A program made the position numbers and the translations under genes. The notes under the pieces were generated by a model, which did not search any database, was not told the DNA's origin, and worked only from the letters and a program-made list of their open reading frames with translations. DNA of 64,000 nt, from NCBI GenBank assembly GCA_965552055.1, contig CBEVQO010000001.1:416001-480000 (forward strand). Direction: 5' to 3'. Origin of the DNA: an uncultured bacterium. Its GTDB lineage: Bacteria; Hydrothermota; UBA3073; NMUJ01; CBEVQO01. Of the stretch, positions 56,688 to 64,000 are shown in pieces; the stretch's first letter is position 1; each line of letters begins with the position of its first letter.

Positions 56688-57415
56688 CTGTTCTTTTTCT
56701 TACCAAGTGAGAGTATTAATTCTACTTCTCCTTTTCCTACGCCCAATCTTTTTGCTATCTCCTGAGTCGTGAAACCTTTATCTCTCAGGTAAAATACTTC
56801 CGCTATCTTCTGGCGCCTGTTGATTTCCGAAACTGTTTGCAATTTCCTTTCTATTTCTTCAAATTTCTCCTTAAGAGGGTCATCTTCTTCTCTTTTCAAC
56901 AGCCTTTCAACATCCTGTGTCAAACTTCTAACGAGTTCTTTCATGGACTCAAGTTTTTCTTTTTCCTCTTTTTCTTTTTGTGAACGCTTTGCAAGCACTA
57001 TCAGAAAAATAAAAGTCATAATAGCCATACCAATCACTATACCTTTACCTGTAGGCATAACCTGAGAAGTTGTCTTCTGATTCTTTAAAAGACTTTTCAA
57101 AGTTTCCATTTCTTCTCTAATCTCTGTCACGGATTTACTTAATTCGTCAACTGTTATTTTAAGGGATGCAATTTCATCTTCCATATTTTTAAATCTTTCG
57201 AGGTAAATTTTTCCGTCTCCGCTTTTCGTATTGTTTTTTTCAAGTTTCTTCAATCTTCTGGATAACGAATAGGTGGTATTTTTGAGTATTTTTAAGTCCT
57301 TCTGTACTTTTGCATATTTTTGATTTAATTCGTAGAAAAGATTTCCGAGAGTAGCGAGGTTATATCCTGATGTCTTTGTCATTACAAATAGCGCTATTAT
57401 TGCACAGACCCTCAT
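56684..57415 (-). CDS. Coiled-coil TM protein with a SwrB/DUF6115-like C-terminal motif
   Basis: G.T..EIAKRLGVGKGEVELIL at the C-terminus; downstream of fliA. Confidence 0.6.
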   Translation of the reverse strand: MRVCAIIALFVMTKTSGYNLATLGNLFYELNQKYAKVQKDLKILKNTTYSLSRRLKKLEKNNTKSGDGKIYLERFKNMEDEIASLKITVDELSKSVTEIREEMETLKSLLKNQKTTSQVMPTGKGIVIGMAIMTFIFLIVLAKRSQKEKEEKEKLESMKELVRSLTQDVERLLKREEDDPLKEKFEEIERKLQTVSEINRRQKIAEVFYLRDKGFTTQEIAKRLGVGKGEVELILSLGKKKNR

Positions 57416-57427
57416 CTCCCCCTCCTT

Positions 57428-57667
57428 TTAAGCAATTTCATCAACGATGCCTCCAAGCCCACCTCCCTCCTTCTCCTCTTTTTCATTATGCAAAATTCGT
57501 GTCTCTTCTTTCTCTTTTTCAAATTTTTTTTCTTTCTTCTTTTCTCTTTTGCCTGTTATTTCTTCTATAACCTTTTTGAATTCATCTTTGTCTTTTGGCT
57601 CTCTCCTTTCTATTTTTCTAACTTCGGGCGAAGGTTTTGGAGGTTCTATTCTTCCGACTTCGTTCAT
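57428..57667 (-). CDS. Small charged hypothetical protein in the flagellar operon
   Basis: ATGA-coupled to fliA; C-terminal G..VD..A motif. Confidence 0.55.
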   Translation of the reverse strand: MNEVGRIEPPKPSPEVRKIERREPKDKDEFKKVIEEITGKREKKKEKKFEKEKEETRILHNEKEEKEGGGLGGIVDEIA

Positions 57668-58422
57668 TTTTCCATGAATCTGGAAAGTTTGCCTCTCAAT
57701 CGCATTAATGCTCTTGTATGCAACTGAAAGACCCTGACCTCTGATATGCCCATAATCTTCCCTATTTCTTTTCTCGTCAAATTCTCATAGTAATAAAGTG
57801 TTATAACCAATCTTTCTCTCTCCGGTAGTTCTTCTATTGCTTTTATCAGTGCATTTTTTATTTCTTCTTTTGAAATTTTTTCGATAATCTCTTCCTCATC
57901 ATCTTCTGTTGAGATAAATTCTGCCAATTCATGCTGATTGTCCCCGGGATAAGGATTTGATTCGAGTGATAAAATTATACCTGCGTTCACTTTCATAAAT
58001 GCTTCCCTTATTTCTTCAACATCGATTCCCATTTCTTTGGCTACTTCTTCATCTGTCACAGGTCTTTTATATTTCTGTTCGAGTTCGGCATATTTTTTCT
58101 CGATTTCTTTAACCTTTTTACGCAAAGACCTTGAAACCCAGTCCAGTTTTCTTAACTCATCTATTATTACTCTCTTTACAACCATTGTAGCATAATTTTT
58201 GAATTTCATTTTTGAATTTATGTCGTATTTATCTATTGCTTCAAGCAGACCCATCACACCTATTGACATTAAATCCTCTTCATCGATGGCAGGCGGTAAA
58301 ACAGGAGATAAATGCCTTATCACCCATTTAACAACCGGAATATATTTCAACACCAATTTTTCACGAACCTTGGGGTCATCTTTTTTCTTCAGAAGCTCTT
58401 TTATTTCAGTCTCCTGATTCAT
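57664..58422 (-). CDS. fliA: Flagellar sigma factor (sigma-28)
   Basis: DL...G..GL.EAIDKY, IIDELRKLDW.SRS.R, LPERE.LV..LYY. Confidence 0.92.
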   Translation of the reverse strand: MNQETEIKELLKKKDDPKVREKLVLKYIPVVKWVIRHLSPVLPPAIDEEDLMSIGVMGLLEAIDKYDINSKMKFKNYATMVVKRVIIDELRKLDWVSRSLRKKVKEIEKKYAELEQKYKRPVTDEEVAKEMGIDVEEIREAFMKVNAGIILSLESNPYPGDNQHELAEFISTEDDEEEIIEKISKEEIKNALIKAIEELPERERLVITLYYYENLTRKEIGKIMGISEVRVFQLHTRALMRLRGKLSRFMEK

Positions 58423-59473
58423 CGTGTCTGAATTTTATTTTTTTACCATACCTGTAAAATTCGCCAAAATTTGCGAGCTTAACATATCCGCCTGATTTAA
58501 CGGTACCAGTTAGTTCGTCTATAAATACATTTATTACTTCGGCAACTTTTTCCTGCAAGCCCATCTCCTTTATATCTTTGTCAGCCATTACCTCTCTTAT
58601 TAAATCGACCTTTGTTACTTTACCTGTTTTCTCTCTTTCTGCAATTATTCTTTCGAATAAATCCATCTTCTTTTCTGCTTCTTCGAATTTCAGTATTTTT
58701 CGTGCAATATCTCTTATGCAACCTGATGCAAGTGAATCTGGCTGAAGAAGGACAAAAGGTTTACGCTCCTGAACCGCTCTCCTTACCACATTATCCTGAT
58801 AAATGAAGCCAAGATTTTCTACCTCCACTCCCAGAAATTGTCTCACCATGTTTTGTATCTTTTGGGCAACTTCTTCGCCGTTTTCCCCTTCGCTCACCAT
58901 ATTTAGCAGAAGATAAATCTTAAGGTCAGGTCTCCTTGATGCCGTCACCTTTATTATCGCATAAGCATCAGCCATAGCAGTAATCTCAGGCGTAGTTATA
59001 ACTACTACTTCATCAGAAGCTAGCAAAAAGCTTATCACATTTTGTGCAATTCCAGCAGGAGTATCGATAAAGAGGTAATCTGCTTCGGATTCAAGTTTTT
59101 TGAATTCATGGATAAATCTCTGACGAGTTGCTTCGTCTAAATTCGCCAGCTCTTCCATCCCAGATGACGCAGGGATTATTTTTATCCCAAGGGGTCCTTC
59201 CACTATTATGTCTTTAAGATTAACTTCACCGAAGATAACATGATAAAGAGTATATTGTGGAGCTATACCAAAGAGTAAGTCAATATTTGCGAGTGACATA
59301 TCGGCATCAAGTACTATTACCCTTTTTCCGTATTCTGCCAGCACACATGCAAGATTTACCACAACATTTGTCTTACCAACTCCTCCTTTACCGCTCGTAA
59401 ATGATATTATCTTGGCAAGTTTCTGTCTCTTATTATTTACAATTTCCCTTAATCTTTTTGCCTGATCATTCAT
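58406..59473 (-). CDS. flhG: FlhG/FleN MinD-like ATPase with a C-terminal HU-like extension
   Basis: MNDQA..LR activator helix, SGKGGVGKT, DT.AG, PE.TA..DAY; about 85 extra C-terminal residues. Confidence 0.9.
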   Translation of the reverse strand: MNDQAKRLREIVNNKRQKLAKIISFTSGKGGVGKTNVVVNLACVLAEYGKRVIVLDADMSLANIDLLFGIAPQYTLYHVIFGEVNLKDIIVEGPLGIKIIPASSGMEELANLDEATRQRFIHEFKKLESEADYLFIDTPAGIAQNVISFLLASDEVVVITTPEITAMADAYAIIKVTASRRPDLKIYLLLNMVSEGENGEEVAQKIQNMVRQFLGVEVENLGFIYQDNVVRRAVQERKPFVLLQPDSLASGCIRDIARKILKFEEAEKKMDLFERIIAEREKTGKVTKVDLIREVMADKDIKEMGLQEKVAEVINVFIDELTGTVKSGGYVKLANFGEFYRYGKKIKFRHDESGD

Positions 59474-60522
59474 GGTACCCTCTCGCCTAATACTAATTCT
59501 GCAAGTAAAACTTCATCTGCACTCTGTATATCATCCGGAACCGTTTGACCATAAGTTATATAAGACACAGGAACTTTATATTCTATCATCGTGCTTATCA
59601 TAGGTCCATAAGTTTCTGCTTCGTCCAATTTTGTAAAAATCATCTTATCAATTCCAATGGACATAAATCTATCTGCCATGGATTTTAATGTCTTTTCATG
59701 ATAGTTCGCTGAAAGCACAAGATGAATTTCATCCGGTCTTCTTATTTTAAAATAATTACTGAGCTCCGCAAGATAATATCCATTTCTTTGGCTTTTACCC
59801 GCTGTGTCTATGAAAATTATTTTCCTGTTTTTTAATTTTTCGAGCTTATCTTCAAACTCATCAGGCTCCTGCACCACCTCTATGGGTATCGATGCTATAT
59901 CTGCAAACACTTTCAGCTGTTCAACGGCAGCTACTCTATAATTATCTATTGTCAGAAGACCCACATCCACTCCTTCGAGTACCTGAAATTTAGCAGATAA
60001 TTTCGCTATCGTCGTGGTCTTGCCAACACCCGTAGGCCCTATGAGAGCTATCACTTTGGGCTCACCATTATCAGGAGGCTTTATCGGTGAAGCAGGAGGT
60101 AGCATTCTTATAATCTTCTCCTTAACAATGTCATCAAGATTATCCCCTGTGATACCTTCTTCGCAAAGATATTTCGCAATCTTAAGTGCAATCTCAGAAG
60201 ATATCCCCATATCGCATAGTTTTATGTAGATTTTCCTTATCCTCTTATCGGCGTATCCATATTTTATAAATTCCTTTATCTCCCTCAAATCGGAAAGAAT
60301 TTCCATGTATGGCTCTGAATTCAGCATATCGGGTAATTCATCTTTCTTTGGTCTGTCATCCACTGCTGCGGTTACTTCAATCATTTCCTTTCCATAGAGT
60401 TCATAAAGGGGTCCTTCTTTTACCTTTTTTGTCTCAAGTATTATCGCATTCTTTCCGAATTCCGTCTTTATTTTCTCCATTGCCTCTCTCATATTTGCAC
60501 ATAAGAATTTTTTGATACGCAT
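59470..60522 (-). CDS. flhF: Flagellar SRP-like GTPase FlhF
   Basis: GPTGVGKTTT, DTAG, TKLDE, GQ.VPDD. Confidence 0.95.
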   Translation of the reverse strand: MRIKKFLCANMREAMEKIKTEFGKNAIILETKKVKEGPLYELYGKEMIEVTAAVDDRPKKDELPDMLNSEPYMEILSDLREIKEFIKYGYADKRIRKIYIKLCDMGISSEIALKIAKYLCEEGITGDNLDDIVKEKIIRMLPPASPIKPPDNGEPKVIALIGPTGVGKTTTIAKLSAKFQVLEGVDVGLLTIDNYRVAAVEQLKVFADIASIPIEVVQEPDEFEDKLEKLKNRKIIFIDTAGKSQRNGYYLAELSNYFKIRRPDEIHLVLSANYHEKTLKSMADRFMSIGIDKMIFTKLDEAETYGPMISTMIEYKVPVSYITYGQTVPDDIQSADEVLLAELVLGERVP

Positions 60523-60534
60523 CTCACCCTCCTT

Positions 60535-62595
60535 CTAAGTGCCCCCTCCCACCTGGGCAATTCCTTTAACCTTCACATAAGGTGATACTTCGTTGTAGGA
60601 AAGAACGGCTAAATGCGGGAACATAGGTTCTATCATCTTCCTTATGTAAGGACGAACACCCGATGAACAAAGTAGCACCGGCTCTTTTCCCATCTTTATT
60701 ATTTTTTCTATACCCTGTGCAAGCTCTGTGTAAAACTTCTCCATAACCTGAGGCTCCAATGTTGGCATTTTTACTTCTTTAAATTCCGATAATGCCTGCA
60801 ATATTTTTTGCTCAAAAGAGGGCTCGAGCGTGATACAATAAATAGTGCCAGTGCTATCCGCATATTGTTTGCATATCTGAGCAGAAAGAGCCTGCCTTAC
60901 TTTTTCTACCAGCACATCTATATCTTTTGTGTACTGCGCGTTATCTGCAAGCACTTCGAATATCTGTGGTAAATCTTTTATCGGCACATTCTCTTTTACC
61001 AGTCGCTGTAATACTTTTTGTATCTCGCCGACCGACATTAATTTTGGTGTTAATTCTTCCACAACAGTAGGATGCGTTTCTCTCACAATGTTTATCAACC
61101 TCTGAACACTTTCTCTATTCAGCAATTCATCTGCATGTCTCTTTATAACTTCCGCTATATGTGTTACTATAACGCCTGATGGTTGCACAACAGAATATCC
61201 TGCTGATTCTGCTTCTTCTTTCTGTGACGGTAATATCCATACTGCTTTTAGACCGAATGCCGGTTCTTTTGTCTTTATTCCTTCTATTTCTTTTTCCGCT
61301 GTCCCGGGATTTATTGCAAGCAACCTATTGGGATACACTTCGCCTTTTCCTGCTTCCACTCCTTTTATCTTTATGGAGTATTGTGTAGGTTTAAGATTTA
61401 TATCGTCCCTCACTCTCATCGGTGGAATTATTATTCCAAGTTCCTGCGCAAGTTTATGACGAACAGATGTTATCCTCTCAAGTAAGTCCCCTCCCTGAGA
61501 TTTATCAACGAGTGGTATTAATCCATAACCTATATTTAGTTCAAGGGGCTCTACCTGAATCATTTTTCTTATTTCATCCGCTGTATCGAGTGTCTTTGGC
61601 TCTTCTTTTCGCTTTGGCTTTTCTTTCTCAATTTGCTTCATCCTCTTATATTTTCTTGCGAGATATGCTACTACTCCTATCATAGTGGCAACTATCAGGA
61701 AAGGTATCGTCGGCAACCCTGGTACAAGTGCGCAGATAAACAGCCCTGCTGCAGCTGCAAATGCAGCACGAAGGTCTGTGAACATCTGCCTGATAACACT
61801 TTGACCAAAATCCTCTTTCTCAGCAACACGGGAAACTATAACACCTGCAGCTGTTGCCATCATAAAAGACGGTATCTGAGCACAAAGACCATCACCTATT
61901 GTCAAAATAGTATAAGTTCTCAAAGCTTCGGAAACTGACATCTTCCTGATTAAAACCCCGATAATTAATCCACCAATGATATTAACAGCGGTTATTACGA
62001 GACCCGCAACTGCATCTCCCCTAACAAATCTACAGGCACCATCCATAGCACCATAAAAATCGGCTTCCCTCATAATTTCCTTTCTTCTTTCCTTCGCCTC
62101 TTCTTCTGTTATCAAACCGGCATTTAAGTCTGCATCTACTGCCATCTGTTTGCCGGGCATTGCATCAAGTGTAAACCTCGCTGCTACTTCTGCTATACGC
62201 TGGGCTCCTGATGTTATCACAACAAACTGGATTATCACAATGATTATAAAAATAACAAAGCCAACAACTAAATTGCCGCCAGCAACAAACCTACCGAATG
62301 CAAGGATTACCTGACCAGCATATGCTTTTGTCAAAATAGCCCTTGTAGTCGCTATATTCATCGCAAGCCTGAACAATGTGGCAGATAGCAAGATGGTCGG
62401 GAAAGCCGCAAACTCTAACGGTCGCTGAATGTAAAGGGTAACAAGCAAAACAAGAATCGCAAATGTAAAATTGAAAGACAAAATTATATCAATTAGAGGA
62501 GGAGGTAAGGGAATTACAATTATAAACACAACAGCCAGTATCAGTGCTGCTATTAAATAAGTGCTTTGCTTAAATACCTTTTGTAAACCTGTCAT
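60535..62595 (-). CDS. flhA: Flagellar export gate FlhA
   Basis: AEVAARFTLDAMPGKQMA, FYGAMDGA, TIGDGL. Confidence 0.97.
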   Translation of the reverse strand: MTGLQKVFKQSTYLIAALILAVVFIIVIPLPPPLIDIILSFNFTFAILVLLVTLYIQRPLEFAAFPTILLSATLFRLAMNIATTRAILTKAYAGQVILAFGRFVAGGNLVVGFVIFIIIVIIQFVVITSGAQRIAEVAARFTLDAMPGKQMAVDADLNAGLITEEEAKERRKEIMREADFYGAMDGACRFVRGDAVAGLVITAVNIIGGLIIGVLIRKMSVSEALRTYTILTIGDGLCAQIPSFMMATAAGVIVSRVAEKEDFGQSVIRQMFTDLRAAFAAAAGLFICALVPGLPTIPFLIVATMIGVVAYLARKYKRMKQIEKEKPKRKEEPKTLDTADEIRKMIQVEPLELNIGYGLIPLVDKSQGGDLLERITSVRHKLAQELGIIIPPMRVRDDINLKPTQYSIKIKGVEAGKGEVYPNRLLAINPGTAEKEIEGIKTKEPAFGLKAVWILPSQKEEAESAGYSVVQPSGVIVTHIAEVIKRHADELLNRESVQRLINIVRETHPTVVEELTPKLMSVGEIQKVLQRLVKENVPIKDLPQIFEVLADNAQYTKDIDVLVEKVRQALSAQICKQYADSTGTIYCITLEPSFEQKILQALSEFKEVKMPTLEPQVMEKFYTELAQGIEKIIKMGKEPVLLCSSGVRPYIRKMIEPMFPHLAVLSYNEVSPYVKVKGIAQVGGGT

Positions 62596-63650
62596 AATTC
62601 TGTCCTCCCTTTAAGCCGATATACATATGCAAGAACTTCTGCAACAGCCTGATAAAGTTTCACAGGTATCTCCTCACCCACATCAACCATTCTGTAAAGT
62701 AACCTTGCGAGTTCCGGATTTCTCACAATAGGTACTCCGTGTTTCTGTGCTATTTCTCTTATTTTTTCCGCGAGTTTGCGCATCCCTTTTGCAACAACAA
62801 CGGGCGCCGACATTTTTTCCGGCTCATATTTTAATGCAACTGCAATCAAAACAGGGTTCGTAATTACAACATCTGCCTTTTCCACTGCTTTAAGCATTCT
62901 CTGACGCGATATCTTCAAGTGCTCCTGATAACGCTTACGCTTTATCCTGGGGTCACCTTCATAAGCCTTCATCTCTTCTTTATATTCCCAGGGTGTCATC
63001 ATTAACTGCTTCTTCCATCTGTATTTTTGATAGGCAAAATCAAAGACAGCGAGTATAAGATAAAATAATCCTAGTTTTATGGCAAGTTCAAAAGCAACTT
63101 TGCCCGAAAATGCAAGACCATCAAGAATCCCAAACTGAGCGGAACTCAAAATTCCAGCAATTTTACTCTTTATCGTGAAGTAACCCACTGCACCTACTAT
63201 TATCATCTTAAAAATACCCATCAACGCTCTTACAAAACCATCTTTTGAGAATAATCTCTTAAAACCTGCAACAGGATTTAAAACACTTAATCTTGGACGC
63301 AACCTGCTTGTCGCAAGTACAAAACCAGATTGCATCAGATTAGCACTAATTCCTATCACCATCATTGCAGCTGCAATAGGCAAAATAACAAGGAAAATTT
63401 TGCCAGAAAGAAAACGACAAAGTGCAAGAAAATTCTGAGGAGTTAAAGAAAATCTGCCAGCTTCTGATAGACTGAAAGTAACAAATTTCATCGTATCAAA
63501 CAAAAGTGTTTTTCTCATCATAAAGAAAATGAATATAGCAAAGAGGAAATGCAAAGCAACTGTTAATTCCGTACTCTTTGGTACAAATCCCTCTTTTCTT
63601 GCTCTCGCTATTCTCCGTGGCGTAGGTGGTAACCTTTTTTCCTCCTCCAT
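62592..63650 (-). CDS. flhB: Flagellar export switch FlhB
   Basis: PTPRR..AR.EG, EGDP, ADVVITNP, AP.VVAKG, LAR.LY. Confidence 0.95.
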   Translation of the reverse strand: MEEEKRLPPTPRRIARARKEGFVPKSTELTVALHFLFAIFIFFMMRKTLLFDTMKFVTFSLSEAGRFSLTPQNFLALCRFLSGKIFLVILPIAAAMMVIGISANLMQSGFVLATSRLRPRLSVLNPVAGFKRLFSKDGFVRALMGIFKMIIVGAVGYFTIKSKIAGILSSAQFGILDGLAFSGKVAFELAIKLGLFYLILAVFDFAYQKYRWKKQLMMTPWEYKEEMKAYEGDPRIKRKRYQEHLKISRQRMLKAVEKADVVITNPVLIAVALKYEPEKMSAPVVVAKGMRKLAEKIREIAQKHGVPIVRNPELARLLYRMVDVGEEIPVKLYQAVAEVLAYVYRLKGRTEL

Positions 63651-63658
63651 ACTCCCTC

Positions 63659-64000
63659 CTACGGTTTAAGCAGGAAAAGAACTTTTTGAATTTCCCTTGC
63701 CATTTCATCGAAGTGAGCAACTATCACATAGGTAAGATAAGGCAAACATAATGCAAAACAAATGATTCCCAACCCTATTTTCATCGGCAACGCCATAAAG
63801 TAAACATTTACCTGTGGTATAGCTTTTGCCATAAACGCAAATAGTAGCATCACAATCAGCATCATACCAATAAGAGGTGCACCAAGTTTAATAGCCGTAA
63901 GAAACATTTTACCTGCAAAAGATATTATTTCTCTACCAAGAGCAGGTTTCAAAAGAATATGTCCAAGGGGTATTATTTTGTAAGATATGATTGCATTTTT
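63659..64000 (-). CDS. fliR: Flagellar export protein FliR, 5'-truncated by the window edge
   Basis: SY.IIPLG, AP, PQVNV...P.K; directly before flhB. Confidence 0.9.
   Translation of the reverse strand, partial: KNAIISYKIIPLGHILLKPALGREIISFAGKMFLTAIKLGAPLIGMMLIVMLLFAFMAKAIPQVNVYFMALPMKIGLGIICFALCLPYLTYVIVAHFDEMAREIQKVLFLLKP

Noticed and set aside
116..63720. Many 60-190 aa antisense or out-of-frame ORFs in the track (e.g. 3935-4378, 6259-6810, 41495-42070, 52108-52605)
   Set aside because: Shadows of well-supported genes, with Ser/Phe/Ile-rich antisense composition and no motifs

Overview
Very gene-dense, AT-rich bacterial chromosome segment. The host is probably an anaerobic, thermophilic, diderm, flagellated FCB-related lineage such as WOR-3. 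This is inference from the Lys/Glu/Ile-rich proteins, lapA/lapB, gmhA, a T9SS-type sorting domain and a group II GGGP synthase. Most of the window is housekeeping: comM, fabH, mreBCD, glmM/glmS, tRNA-Leu(CAA), uvrC-recG, queDEC, pdp, gltX, rmlA/rmlD, hflX, rpsP-khpA-trmD-rplS-rnhB, rpmF-plsX-tpiA-secG-rplU, ispE, gmhA, and the end of a flagellar operon (fliR-flhB-flhA-flhF-flhG-fliA). I saw no CRISPR array, rRNA, transposase or prophage. Most notable signals: (1) 18 promoter-like sites pair sigma70-type hexamers (TTGACA/TTGTCA/TTGACT and a TATAAT-like -10) with a 15-bp spacer in 16 cases instead of about 17, and most sit 4-7 nt from a start codon, implying leaderless mRNAs; (2) FlhG carries a C-terminal HU/IHF-like domain; (3) a patA-pimA-like glycolipid gene pair plus an archaeal-type GGGP synthase; (4) a YmdB homologue with lost metal ligands; (5) a small GC-rich intergenic repeat family that abuts promoters and supplies stop codons; (6) FlhB has NPVL in place of NPTH. 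All family assignments come from recognising motifs by eye, not from database searches.
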